From positions 5,642,001-5,706,000 of the forward strand of contig JBHGNT010000003.1 in NCBI GenBank assembly GCA_043228905.1: a stretch of DNA of 64,000 nt, in the 5' to 3' direction. The DNA comes from Azolla caroliniana (Eukaryota > Plantae > Polypodiophyta). Below are positions 40,295 through 54,155 of the stretch, in pieces; position 1 is the first letter of the stretch, and each line of letters starts with the position of its first letter. Both the position numbers and the translations under genes were made by a program. A model generated the notes under the pieces. The model did no database searches and was not told the DNA's origin. It saw only the letters and a program-made list of their open reading frames with translations.

Positions 40295-40696
40295 CTCCCC
40301 CTCAAGCTCAACTTGAGGTTCCATCTACTTTTCTAGATCTTCGCTCCGGTCTCTCCTGGCTTCATGTCTCGCTCGCGCTCCTTGACCCGTTCGATTCTGC
40401 GCGCCTCGACCCTTTCGGTTGGCTTGTCTGCTCGTGTGGCCCTTCTCAGCTCCCTTGATGTCGTGGTATTGGTGCCTCTTCCGCTGCACTTTCCTCCGCT
40501 CAGCCCTTAGTTGATTTGGCATGTCTGAATCGAACATTTCGATTAAATCGGTCAACTACCAACTCATTTCCGCTTACATCCGAATTGGTTGTTTCCAATT
40601 CGTCTTCTGTCTTTAGGCCCTTGACAACATCAGACCACGTCTTGGTCTTGGCCCTTACGCCCTTCTTGGCTTTATTTCCCCTTTGTTCGGCTGTCT

Positions 40697-43600
40697 TCAG
40701 CTCTTCCTTGCGATTATGACCCCTGTTTTCTTCTTCGGCTTCTTCAACACCCGATCGAATTCTTCATCCGATTCGGCATCGCGGTCACTACCGCTCCTTC
40801 CACGCTCCTGTTCCCGTCTCCCCCTCAAGTCCGGCGTGTCGAGGTGACGCAAAGCCACCTCACTCGAGAAATGCCGCAACTTGTCGAGACCAAGGGGCTT
40901 GGTGAAGATGTTGGCAATTTGCCAACCCGTGGGAACATACACTAGTTCAACTTCACCAGAAAGGACAAACTCGTGGACAAAATGGTAGTGCACCTTAATG
41001 TGCTTGGTCCGGGTGTGGAATACAAGATTTTTCGCAAGATGGATGTTGTTGAGGTTGTCGCAATAGATCATTGTCGGATCGGACACCTCTACATGCAGAT
41101 CCCGTAATAGTCGTGTTAGCCAAATGACTTCGCACGAAGCGAAAATCGCCCCTCGACAACGCTATTGTTGGTTGTTTCTTACTCTTCCACGTGATCGCCG
41201 CACTTCCCAATGAGAATGCGTATCCAGATGTGGATCTATGATTGTGGGCATTTCCGACCCAATCGACATTCGTGTAGCCAACTAACTGTTCGGCTACGCC
41301 CGCCTGATATAGCAATTGCATGTCCTTAGTGCCGCTGACATATTGGAATATCCTTGGCGCACATTGAAATTGTTCAATCGTGGGTTGCGACATAAATTGA
41401 CTGATCAAGACAACCGAGTAACTGAGATCTGGCTGAGTGACCATCAAGTAGATTAGGCTTCCGATGATCTGTCGAAACCATGTTGGGTCGCATGCCTTTC
41501 CTGAATCTCGGCGAAGCTTTATTTTTCTATCCAGAGGTGCCGAGCTGGGCTTACAATTTGCCATCCTGAACTTGAAGAGCATGTTCAATGCATAATGACG
41601 TTGGCTGATCAATATGCCTTCGGGGGAACGAATCACTTTGATCTCAAGGAAGTAATGAAGGTCTCCAAGATTCTTCATTTCGAATGATGCCGCAAGTTGA
41701 GACTTGACGCGACCGATTTCTTCTAGGTCGGCACCGGCGATGACTAAATCGTCAACATACAGTAGAAGGCTAACCGGTCCATGTTTACCTTGCTGAACAA
41801 ATAATGAAGAGTCTGACTTCGACGTCATGAACTCCATCCTACACAACCATTGCATAATCTTCGTGTTCCAAGCTCGCGGGGCTTGCTTAAGTCCGTATAA
41901 AGACTTGTTCAATTGGCAAACTACCGAAGTGTTATGTTCAGACAGAAATCCGGGGGGTTGTACCATGTACACCTATTCCTCAAGATCACCTTGCAAGAAC
42001 ACATTCTTTACATCCATCTGATGTACATGCCACCCCTTCGCCGCAGATACGGCTAGCAGAACTCGCACAGTAGTCATCTTCGCGATTGGTGCGAAGGTCT
42101 CGTCGTAATCTACGTCGTGCTTCTACACGTAGCCTTTCGCAACCAAATGGGCCTTATATCGGTTGACCGAGCCGTCGGTGTTGTATTTCACCTTAAACAC
42201 CCATCTTCATCCAATCGGCTTAACACCTTTAGGTGTGTCAACCAGGTCACAAGTCTCGTTGCCCGATAATGCGCACATCTCTTCCTCCATTGCGACACGC
42301 CAGATTGCGTCTTCCGCCGCTTTTGCGTAGCTCTTCGGCACACCCACTTCCACCACTTTTGTCATGTACACATAATGGTGCGCCATGTATTCATTGTACC
42401 CGTATCTTTTTACAGGGTTCTTCAGGCGGGTAGATCGGGTAATTCGTGATTACCCGATTTCACGACCTTTTCGGTCGATTTCGACCTCTTCCTCGGAGGG
42501 TCCTTCTCGATTGGCTCGGCGTCAAATTCGCTCCGATCTGACTCGGCACGGCCGAAATTGTATTCCGACATTTTCTTCTTCCCTTTTTCTTTACATGTAA
42601 ACCGTCTCGGTTCTTTACGCGGGGACAACACAACCAAGTCTCCACTACTCGTCGATTCTTCATTTGGTTGGCCATCTCGGCCCAACCCCTCATTTGGTTC
42701 GCTAGCTGAAATGAGAATAGACTCTCTGTCAGAGCTCCGATTTCCTCATCATGTGAAGGCATCTCAACCTTGCTGACCTCTTGTTTAGAATTCGGAATGG
42801 AGACATCAAGGATTGGAGGCGAAGGTAAGTACCACGAAGCGGACTCGTCGAACACGACATCTCGGCTTATGAGAACTTCCTTCGATCGGGAGTTATAGCA
42901 CCTATACCCCTTTTGTTCGTCTGAATAGCCAACTCAGATGCACTTTTTGGCTTTGGTGTCTAGCTTCCTCCGTTTCTCCTTCGGCACATGCACGTACGCG
43001 ATGCTGCCGAAAATCCTCAAGTGTGACAATTTGGGTTCTTGATGTAATACAACTCATGTGGCGATACTCCTCCATTATCAGAGGTCCGATTCTGCAAGTA
43101 AATAACCATCCTTATGGCTTCAGCCCAGTAAAACTTCGGCATATGCTTCTCTTCAAGCATTGCCCTGGCTGCTTCTTCAATTGTCAGATTCTTCCGCTCG
43201 GCTATGCCGTTCTACTCCGGTGTATATCTACACGAGAATTCGCATCAAATTCCCTCCTTTTGTAGATAACTCGTGAATTAGTCGGAGAAGTATTCCTTCC
43301 CGCCATCGGATCGTAGACTCTAGATCTTATGCCCAGTTTCCATTTCCGCAAGGCTCTTCACCTTCAGGAACCACGCAAAGACTTCACTCTTTTTCGCGAT
43401 CAAGCATGCCCAGCTGTGCCGAGTGAAGTCATCGATGAAGGTTATGAAGTAACGACTTCCACCAAGACTCACGTTCTGTGCCAGTCCCCACACATCCGAA
43501 TGGATCAAATCCAATGGATTTCGACTACGATAACGCTCATTAGGGAATGGAAGTCGGTGCAACTTCCCTAGTTGGCAGGCTTCGCAGACTTGGCCATTAC

Positions 43601-43733
43601 GGCCCCGAAATTTCGGCAATCCGAAAACAATATTTTTCGTCTGCATTTCACGAAGTCGTGGGAAATTAACGTGGCCGAACTGCTTGTGCCACAGGTCGAC
43701 ATCTGATTCGACCTTCTGTCCTTTCGCGAACAA
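40697..43733 (-). pseudogene. Copia F pol (INT-RT-RH), frameshifted
   Basis: ORFs 43320-43733, 42460-42855, 40995-41972 and 40697-41086. Confidence 0.9.
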
Positions 43734-44310
43734 CGCGGTGTCGTGAAGAAAACCATCCCTAGGCGCAAACCGTGTATAGTGTGTGTGAACCGGCCCTTAC
43801 ACGTGGGCACGTCCCTTGTCGTATAGTAGATGGGTAAAAGCATGCGAGTGGAAACACTATTATAGCTAATTAGCTACTAAAATAGCCATAGCTAATTAGC
43901 TATTTGTTTAGCTAGTCTTTTTTGTGGGAAAATCAAATATTTGAAAAACTAATTTATGAAAAAACTCAAATATTTGAACTTCTGTTTCAGACGTAGTGGA
44001 ACTTGGGGAATATCACCATCATCTAAGGTCGACTTCAATGTCATCAATTTCCTGTTTAGCCTAAGTCTGATTTTGAACGCAGATGGAGTACTCAGAGCAC
44101 GAACGCAGACGTAGCTCCCGCAACAGCAAAAAATCGACATTGCAGATTGACAGCTACAACACAGAACCCGCTCGATCATCGTCCAGGTATGTTTCAGTTA
44201 CAGAAACCCCAAACATTTGTTTTTTCTTTTTGACTACTGTCTGAACTTTGGTGCCGATTCATATTTCCCCAAAATCGAATTGGGTGAAGTCCTTGGAGTC
44301 CCATACAAGG

Positions 44311-47300
44311 ATGTCTCGCAAATCGGGGAGTAGCAACAGGTGTGTTTATATTACTTTTTTTGTGTTTAATCCTGTCTTTAGTGATGATTGGGGTTTCTGA
44401 TTGAAATTTCTGATTATGGTTTTTGTTTATAAATTTCTTATTAGAATTTCTGATTAGGGTTTGTGATTGAAATTTCTTATTAGGGTTTGTGATTGAAATT
44501 TCTAATTAGGGTTTTTGATTATAAATTTCTGATTAGAATTTCTGAATAGGGTTTCTGGTTACAAATTTTGATTACAAATTAGAATTTCTGAATAGGGTTT
44601 TTGTTTATAAATTTCTGCTTAGGATTTCTGATTAGGGTTTGTGATTGAAATTTTTTATTAGGGTTTCTGATTGAAATTTCTGATTAGGGTTTTTGATTAT
44701 AAATTTTTGATTAGAATTTCTGAATAAGGTTTCTGGTTACAAACTTCTGATTACAGATTTTGATTAGGGTTTCTGATTTCAAACTTCTGATTACAGATTT
44801 TGATTAGGGTTTCTGATTTCAAATTTCTGAATACAAATTATGATTAGAGTTTCTGATTTGCTAAGTTAAAGATTTTGCACCATTTTTGTTGTTGTTGATT
44901 GGGGTTTTTGATTCTCACATATTCTGATTTTGCACTATTTCTGATTTCTGAAATGATATTTCAGATGGCTCGTTCCTCCGTATACGAGAGTGCTAAACTT
45001 CGCAAAATTTTGCGAGACAAAGGAGGACTTCCACAACACCTATGGTCTGTCACTCGAGGGTGTTGACCCTGCTGTCCTAAGTGATAAATTGATCAGTGAT
45101 ATAGACTGGATGACAGTATATACAGTGCCTAGAGTCAAAGGCAAGGTCAAGCTGAAGCATGTACGAGCCGACTTGTACGATGACTGCATGAGACTGCACC
45201 AGAAAGTTCATCAGGAGATCCCAGTCAACAATGAGTTGTTAGTTTCATTTGCTAGAGCATTTGCATATGAGTACTGCAAAACAACAAAGGAATCTAGAGA
45301 CCCTGAAATGTATAGGGTAGCTTGGGCAGTCTATGGTGAGGCATCGGTAAAAAGATGCCGAAAGATGGGGACCTTGGCACAAAAAATAGACAGATTTTGG
45401 AGCATGGCAGCTGTTGATGCAACTGCTGACTCCCAGCAAGACCGGGGGCATACACCACACCGACACCCAAGGAAAGCCAATGTCGATGATACAGGTGAGA
45501 CATTGGTTAGCTATATGCTAAAAAATGTCCATGAAGCCTGTGAGACATTGGCATTTTTTAAGACTGATTTAGAGAAAGCCACAATGGCTTCTGCAATGGA
45601 GAGCAAAGTTACTTCTGCTGTTACAACAATTAGAAATAAGATTCAGGTAACTATTGTTTTGCTGGTATGTGATTGTGTTATAAATAACGGGTAAAATGTG
45701 CTAATCAAGCATTATCTGGATTAGGTTGCGCACTGGATCCCCAGCGTAAAATAGAACTGCAAATAGAGATCCAGGTTCTTTCAATGAACCTGGACCTTCT
45801 AGGTGTAAATACTGTTGCAGATTACAATTTGGATAAGCTTCAAGTAAGTTAACGATTCCTGAGCAAAGTTGGTGTATCTTTCAACAACAAGAATAATTAA
45901 TCGGTAAATTTCTCTGTTGCGTTGAAGGAACAATACATTCATCAAGAACAGGTAGTTAGCTGCCTTAAGAAGAAGCTACATTTTGTGGAGGGAATGGTAA
46001 GGACCAGACAGGATTTGGACCTGAACATTCTTGCTCCCTTACCAAATGAAGTAGAACCAGAAAATGATTTATTGACAGTTCAAGCACGTTCCATCGCTTG
46101 CGGGTTAGGTGTGGAGGACAAAACTGCGTCTTTGTTGGTTCACCTACAACCATGCAACCACACATACCATCTGCTTTGTTTTCAACATGCCTGTCGAATT
46201 GCTGCATTCTGTTTGGGAGATTGCAGTACAACTCTACCAAATGAGTGGAGAAAACTAACAGGTATACCATACTGTAGCTAATAAGCTTAGTCTTTTCTAA
46301 TTAGCTATCCTACTAGCTAATTAGCTACTGGCAGCTAATGAGCTACTAGCTAATTAGCTATCCTAGTAGCTAATTAGCTATGGTACTAGCTAATTAGCTA
46401 GTACCATAGTTGTGTAAAAAAGCTAAATAGCTATCCTACTAGCTAATTAGCCACTGGCAACTAATTAGCTATCCTAGTAACTAATTAGCTACTGCCATAG
46501 TTGTGTAAAGTAGCTAATAAGCTATCCTAGTAGCTAGTTAGCTATGGTACTAGCTAATTAGCTAGTACCATAGTTGTGTAAAAAAGCTAATTAGCTATCC
46601 TACTAGCTAATTAGCTACTGGCAACTAATTAGCTATCCTACTAGCTAATTAGCTACTGGCAACTAATTAGCTATCCTACTAGCGAATTAGCTATCCTAGT
46701 AGCTAATTAGCTACTGGCAACTAATTAGCTATCCTACTAGCTAATTAGCTATCATAGTAGCTAATTAGCTACTGACATAGTTGTGTAAAGTAGCTAATAA
46801 GCTATCCTAGTAGCTAATTAGCTACTGGCAGCTAATTAGCTGTCCTAGTAGCTAATAAGCTATCCTAGCTACTACATAGTTGAGAAAGTAGCTAATTAGC
46901 TTTCATTGTAGCTAATTAGCTATCCTAGCTACCACCATAGTTAGTAAAGTAGCTAATTAGCTATCCTAGCTACTACCATAGTTAGTAAAGTAGCTAATTA
47001 GCTATCCTAGCTACTACCATAGTTGAGTAAAGTAGCTAATTAGCTATCCTAGCTACTACCATAGTTGAGTAAAGTAGCTAGTTAGCTAGCATAGTAGCTA
47101 ATTAGCTATCCTAGCTACTACTATAGTTGTGTAAAGTAGCTAATAAGCTATCCTACTAGCTAATTAGCTATCCTAGTAGGTAATTAGCTATGGTAGTAGC
47201 TAATTAGCTAGTACTATAGTTGTGTAAAAAAGCTAATTAGGTATCCTACTAGCTAATTAGCCACTGGCAACTAATTAGCTATCCTAGTAACTAATTAGCT

Positions 47301-48596
47301 ACTGCCATAGTTGTGTAAAGTAGCTAATAAGCTATCCTAGTAGCTAATTAGCTACTATCAGCTAATTAGCTATCCTAGTAGCTAATTAGCTATCCTACTA
47401 GCTAATTAGCTACTACCATAGTTGAGTAAAGTACCTAATTAGCTATCCTACTAGCTAATTAGCTACTGGCAACTAATTAGCTATCCTAGTAGCTAATTAG
47501 CTATCCTACTAGCTAATTAGCTGCTGGCAACTAATTAGCTATCCTACTAGCGAATTAGCTATCCTAGTAGCTACTGCCATAGTTGTGTAAAGTAGCTAAT
47601 AAGCTATCCTAGTAGCTAATTAGCTACTGGCAGCTAATTAGCTATCTGGCAGCTAATTAGCTGTCCTAGTAGCTAATAAGCTATCCTAGCTACTACATAG
47701 TTCAGAAAGTAGCTAATTAGCTTTCATTGTAGCTAATTAGCTATCCTAGCTACTACCGTAGTTAGTAAAGTAGCTAATTAGCTATCCTAGCTACTACCAT
47801 AGTTAGTAAAGTAGCTAATTAGCTATCCTAGCTACTACCATAGTTGAGTAAAGTAGCTAATTAGCTATCCTAGCTACTACCATAGTTGAGTAAAGTAGCT
47901 AATTAGCTATCCTAACTACTACCATAGTTGAGTAAAGTACCTAATTAGCTATCATACTAGCTAATTAGCTATCGTACTAGCTAATTAGCTATCCTAGCTT
48001 CTACCATAGTTTAGTAAAGTAGCTAATTAGCTATCCTAAATAACTGTCATGTTATTGTAGAATCTTGTGGATTAAGGACGGCACATGATGTGTCTGGTGC
48101 TGATGATGCTGCAACAGATGAGGATACTACTGCCAATGTGGCTGAAAGTAAGAGTCCTGCTATCACATCTCCTTCAGATCAGCTGCACCCTATTCTTTTT
48201 GAACAGTGTACTGAATTAGGCAACGATGTGAAATGCCATGAAATAGTGGAAACAACATGTAAAACTGAGGTTCACAACAACAGTGTTTATGAACACTTGA
48301 TGCAACATTTCTTCGAGTCTCAAGACCTTGATTCCACCCCACCGAGCCCAACTACTGAAAATGTCCAAACAGATCCCTCTGTACTTGAAAAGCTAGTTCA
48401 AGAAACGGCTGATGTGCAATTAGCTGCTGAGGCGATGGGAAGGTTGTCGGAGGAGGACACACTTGCGCATTGGGTCCTAGAAGCAAGGCTAAATGGGGAA
48501 CCAACCAGAAAAAGGCTGAAGAAGGGGCCACGATCGGGAACAAGACCAGTTACTCGGTCAAGGGGCCCAGACGTAGTGGAGCGAAATACTGTTTAG
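44311..48596 (+). CDS. Multi-exon cargo gene of H: unknown N-terminal domain, coiled coil, RING-H2-like finger, acidic tail
   Basis: In-frame GT-AG joins at 44339^44965 (MSRKSGSSNR|WLVPPY) and 46261^48061 (WRKLT|ESCG). Exon 45922-46261 has xIAC...PCNHTYHLLC...CLGDC. Junctions in 45.5-45.9 kb are unresolved. Confidence 0.6.
44385..44950. repeat. Degenerate tandem array rich in ATTAGGGTTT (telobox AAACCCTAAT), inside intron 44340-44964
   Basis: Repeated gattagggtttctgatt / gaaatttct units. Confidence 0.85.
46275..48040. repeat. Satellite of palindrome TAGCTAATTAGCTA inside cargo-gene intron 46262-48060
   Basis: Dozens of palindrome copies, interspersed with catagtt(gt/ga)gtaaag spacers and higher-order duplications. 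Confidence 0.95.
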
Positions 48597-48845
48597 TTGG
48601 ATATGATTGTTAGCTTAGGGATTTTGCTAGGGTTTTATGAAGTTTTACTATCCTGTTGGACAAGTAAAACCTCAGATTGGTTGTTGCTTGATCCACATTA
48701 TGTAATGGAACTCTATGATGTTTTTCCAAGATAATTTGAAGAGTGTTGTTCTATGACTGAAACTCTTTGATGTTCAGGATATTGTTTTGTGAGACTATTA
48801 GTTACTTTGTGAGTGTGAATATGTTGGTGTTTTCTGATGTTGCAG

Positions 48846-49861
48846 AGTCTAAAGGGTTTGATTCTATTGCTCGTAAGGCCAATGGCAGTGTGGATACTGT
48901 TGATGTTGCGGCATGTTTAAAGGGCCCCATCTTGAAAGTAGATGTAGCAACTGACACAAGTGATCTGGTCACACAAGTTGATCAAGCATGTAGCACGGAT
49001 GACTTGGTGTTGCAGGTAGATGCAGCATGTAGCACGGATGACTTGGTGTTGCAGGTAGATGCAGCATGTGATACCAGTGGACTGATATCGAGCAGAACAG
49101 TAGCTACATGCACTGAGGTAATCCAAGGATTGATAACTAAGTCGACAAAACAAGATCACCAGAATGTGAAGCTAGGCCCAACACAGTCGACTAGGGGTTT
49201 AAAGAGGAAAAGGACACCAGTTGTGTCAGCCGAACCTGAGCTGATTGAGATTGATCGTATCCTACCAGAAAATGGTGTAACAGCGGCTCAGTTTCAGGAA
49301 TGGAAACCTAAACCACTAGAAGTCGAAAGAAGAGCCTTGATCTTGGAGCTTGATAAAGTCTTGATGAGTGTGAGATATATGCAGCCAAGGAGGGACACAA
49401 ATCAGTTTCTAGAGTGGGCTGTGGAATACTTTGATTTGTTTATTTGGAGTGAAAAACCAAAATCAGATGTGTGGAAGTGTTTGGCAAGATTCTTCCCAAA
49501 ATGGCGAAGTCGTTTTAAAGGTCAATGGGCACGAGAAAATTGTGAGCAAATGGAAGCTACAAGATTCAAGAGACTTTCTGATTTTTGGGCTACTTGGCCT
49601 GAATATAATGCCGACAATACATTGATTTTGGATACAGAACATTTCCGACACTACTTCAATATTCGGAGATGCTGTCTCATTCTACCCGAGGAAATGCCTG
49701 AACAGTACCTGGTGCAAATAGTGAGCTGCCAACTAGGTGCATGGTTGTGGACTCCATACCGAGCTCAATATGCGGATAATATATGTAGAATCGTTCCACT
49801 GACTAGCAAGAGCTTAGCTGTTTATAGGAGATTTGTAGACATTTCCAATGGTAATTTATAA
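48846..49861 (+). CDS. FCP1/NIF (CTD small phosphatase-like, HAD) domain exon of the H cargo; catalytic motif degenerate
   Basis: ORF 48767-49861 with acceptor ttgcag at 48845. RALILELDKVL (compare LVLDLDETL), RR...FLEWA...FDLFIWS, YNADNTLILD. Short 36-bp internal repeats at ~48985-49070. Confidence 0.65.
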
Positions 49862-50230
49862 ATATGTAAAGAGATGACATTATTCAATGAAGAATTTAAT
49901 TACTTGTTCCCACTGTACTTATCTACTGTGTAATTTGAGGAATATGTTGCAGATTGTTGATTTCATTCTATTGATGACTATTTAGCTATTGACAGCTAAT
50001 TAGCTGCATTTGTACAGCTAATTAGCTGCATTTGTACAGCTAATTAGCTACTGATGACTATTTCGCTATAACTTATAACTTAAAACTTAACAAAAAAGAC
50101 ATGATTTTATTGAGAAAGAAGCACAGAAAGCAGACTGTATACAAGAAATTGATTCCAAACGAATTTATTTAACTGTTTTCGCGAAATACATGTTTGTTTT
50201 ACAAGAGAACATGGTAAGTGCTACTTGTAG

Positions 50231-53200
50231 CTACAAATTCCATGGCATACTATTGTAAATACATTCATACACATTAGCACCAACAGTGTATAAACCGGAG
50301 CAGCTATTGTATTCTGACATTGGGACATTGATGCATCTGACCAAATGAGAGTACATATACGCCGCTGGTTTGTCTTCTAACAGCCTGTACACATATTCGT
50401 AGTCATCTAGTTTTGCATAAAAAATGCCTTCGATGTAGAATGTCCCGGCAGATACAAAATTTCCCCATGCATCTACAATATTCTGCCTTGCACACTGTTT
50501 ACTAACCGTGCACTTTAATATATAGAAATCAGCACCCTCTGAATTGCCTTCTTCAGCATTTACAGCGAAGTTATCCCCAACGTTCAGGACATCACTCAAA
50601 GTATCTCCAAGTCCCTCATATGTGAAGTCAGCATTCTGCCCTATTTCTCCATCAACTGCTTCCTTATCATTCAGAGTGTGATACTCCCAATTCTGAATGT
50701 ATGCTTTGTTTAGACAATATCTCCAATTTCCCTGCACACAATGGAAGCAAAAACAAGTCAATTCTCTAACCGCAATACAATGACCATCCAACCTGGAATA
50801 ACCGCGAACAGCATGCAGAGATCGCAATTCGTGAATTCCTTGGCACTCCCAGGTCTTCTCCCTATTTACTTCATCTATCTTCACTTCCCAAAATTCACGT
50901 TTGATATCTCGAACTTGCGAGGAATAAACACCTGTGGCACTCGTTGACATATTTGTTCTTAAAAATTCAACTACATGTGATGCACAATTCATGTGCACAC
51001 CATCTGTCTTTAGTTGTTCATGGGTAAGTGCCCGCTTTATAACAGCCCCTGCACCATCATGTTCACCTTTACCATGGCCAGACCCAAAAAAATTCCATCT
51101 CATCTCCAAACCTGTTATAGCAGGATACCTCCCCACAAAATAAAATGGACGTCGAGCCTTGAATTGTGACGCAGCTCCGTCAGACCAGACCCAATGTTGA
51201 GTAAGCTCCAAACGTTGAGCTAATAACCACTGCCAATGTAACTTAAAACAGTGTTGGACGAACAAGGTATCATGCTTCTTATCATCGGAAATAAAGAAAT
51301 GAATTACTTTTTTAACATCACCTGAAACTCGAAAATATGTTATGTGCACAAAAATGGTTACCTGAACTGAACACCAATGCATAGATTGAATTTCATTCTG
51401 CTGCTTGAAAGTATAATTCTCTGCGAAATCTACTACTGAGACTACTACATCATTTGGGAAATCAGATATGCAAGTCTTAAACTGATGGGCCTGCCATGAA
51501 TAAATGAAGTTGTGTTTAATGAACTTTCCTAGAGATAGTACAAACAGAGACACCAAATCCCTTGGTTTAAGAATTTTCCGAACTAGATCCTTTCTTTTAC
51601 ACACCTTTCCTTCGAAATTGGTGTTCACTGACTCAAATAACTTCACAGAGATCAATATTTCACTACTCAATTCATTTGGACACCACCTAAATCTAGTAGG
51701 GCCACAATCTTGACATAAACCCATGACACATTTATGAATATGGAAGATAGCGTCAGTTTCTCTCGGACACAATATTGAATCTAATAAATAACTCATGGAA
51801 GAGATAACGTGCTCAGATGATTTACACTCCTCTTGCGGGCTTGATCGACAGATTGGGCACCCACATGTGCAAACTGTATTAGTTAGGGATGCGCTATGGT
51901 GACGTAGTAGATTAACAGAGTCCTTCAGAAAACCCATCTGTACATGGTAAATGCAACAACATGTGTATCGATCCTTTAAGCGTCTCACAAAGTGTGGCTT
52001 AAGAGACTCGAATGTTCGTAGTTGAACTTTGATAGTTGGATGCATTCGTTTGAACCTAATAAATAAATCGACCTGCGTAATAAAGGGGAATTAGTTATTC
52101 TCGTAACTAGCTAACTATCCTAGTAGCTAATTAGCTATTCTAGTAGCTAGTTAGCTATTCTAGTAGCTAATTAGCTATCATGGTAGCTAATTGGCTGTCC
52201 TAGTAGCTAATTAGTTGTCCTAGTAGCTAATTAGCTATCATGGTAGTTAATTAGCTGTCGTAGTAGCTAATTAGCTATCATGGTAGCTAATTAGCTATTC
52301 TAGTAGCTAATTAGCTATCATGGTAGCTAATTAGCTGTCGTAGTAGCTAATTAGCTATCATGGTAGCTAATTAGCTGTCCTAGTAGCTAATTAGTTGTCC
52401 TAGTAGCTAATTAGCTATCATGGTAGCTAATTAGCTGCTCTAGTAGCTAATTAGCTATCATGGTGGCTAATTAGCTTTCCTAGTAACTAATTAGCTATCA
52501 TGGTAGCTAATTAGCTTGTCTAGTAGCTAATTAGCTATCATGGTGGCTAATTAGCTTTCCTAGTAACTAATTAGCTATCATGGTAGCTAATTAGCTGGTC
52601 TAGTAGCTAATTAGCTATCATGGTAGCTAATTAGCTGGTCTAGTAGCTAATTAGCTATCATGGTAGCTAATTAGCTGGTCTAGTAGCTAATTAGCTATCA
52701 TGGTAGCTAATTAGCTGGTCTAGTAGCTAATTAGCTATAATGGTGGTTGATTAGCTTTCCTAGTAACTAATTAGCTATCATGGTAGCTAATTAGCTATCA
52801 TGGTGGCTAATTAGCTGTCCTAGTAACTAATTAGCTATCATGGTAGCTAATTAGCTGGTCTAGTAGCTAATTAGCTATCCTAACTAATTAGCTATCATGG
52901 TAGCTAATTAGCTATCATGGTGGCTAATTAGCTGTCCTAGTAACTAATTAGCTATCATGGTAGCTAATTAGCTGGTCTAGTAGCTAATTAGCTATAATGG
53001 TGGCTAATTAGCTATCCTAACTAATTAGCTATCATGGTAGTAGCTATTGATAGTAGCCAGTTACCTATGTAGTAGCTATCATAGTAGCTAATTAGCTATC
53101 ATGGTAGCTAATTAGCTTTCCTAGTAGCTAATTAGCTGGTAATAACGAAATAGCTAACTAGCTACCATGATAGCTAACTAGCTAGTAGTACAGCTAATTA

Positions 53201-54155
53201 TCTGGTAGTACCTAAATTAGCTATTGAGAATAGCTAATTAGCTATCATGGTAGTAACTATTGAGAGTAGCTAGTTACCTATGTAGTAGCGATCCTAGTAG
53301 CTAACTGAGGTAAATGTAACTGATAAGCTAATTAGCTTTTCTGCTAACTGAGCTAATTAACTTTCCGAGTAGAGTCAAAACAAATGTTGAGATAAATGTA
53401 AATACCTGAGGTACATCAAGAAGATGAATGGGATGCTCCTCGTATTGATTTCTTCCAACACGTTTCCTGCATAAATCCTTTTTATTGGGTGAAACCCTAC
53501 TCTCATTAGTCCAAAACATTGTGATTACATCCTTGATTTCAAATGTTATGGGTGTCATTGGCTTACATCTTGTAGTTAGCTTTAGTAGACTAGTTCCTTC
53601 ACTCGAGGAAATTATACGGTTCATTGTATTGTACACTGTTTTTCTACTAACACCAATTACCTTAGATAGCTCACTGATGTTTATATCGTCAACATCACTA
53701 TTAAGTAACATCATTAGACTAGACCTTTTTAAGACAAGATCATCTTCTGACCTGCTCATGGATACGAAACTATTACGAAGATTATTTACTAAAATAGATG
53801 ATATGTTTGCATTAAGACCATCACAATCAACTAAGTCCTTTATCGATGGATCATTACATATTCCATAAAGTACTACCTTCTTTTCTTCATTGCTGATGTG
53901 CTTGGTTTGAACATTGAAATAGTCTACAACCTTTCTCTCTATGATGGTAGTCGCATTACTTACATTCTCAGCTAAACTATCCTTACCTTTACTGAGTGTG
54001 GCTTTCGTATCCTTCAACAATTGACGATGTTTCCTTTTTTTTTCTGCCCAATAGTTTCGTATGGCTTGTTGTGTCCTGATAATATCATCCCTATCCTTAT
54101 GATCATTGAGGGGTAATTCTAAACACCCTTCTTCCCCTTCCATTTGGCTAGACAT
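50231..54155 (-). CDS. Sola2-type DDD/E transposase; exons 54155-53406 and 52072-50231, ~863 aa, intact
   Basis: Phase-0 GT-AG intron 53405-52073 joins LLDVPQ|VDLFIRFKRMHP. Motifs: CCCIYH, VDFAENY, NEIQSMHW, ISDDKKHD, WSDGAASQFK, FFGSGHGKGEHDGAGAVIKR, CFCFHC. No stops. Confidence 0.88.
52108..53345. repeat. Satellite of palindrome TAGCTAATTAGCTA (20-bp period, 40-bp dimer) inside the transposase intron
   Basis: tagtagctaattagctatca / tggtagctaattagctgtcc alternate in exact register. Confidence 0.95.

Noticed and set aside
44385-44950. True or interstitial telomere
   Set aside because: TTAGGG occurs singly within longer degenerate units, not as (TTTAGGG)n, and lies in a TE intron.
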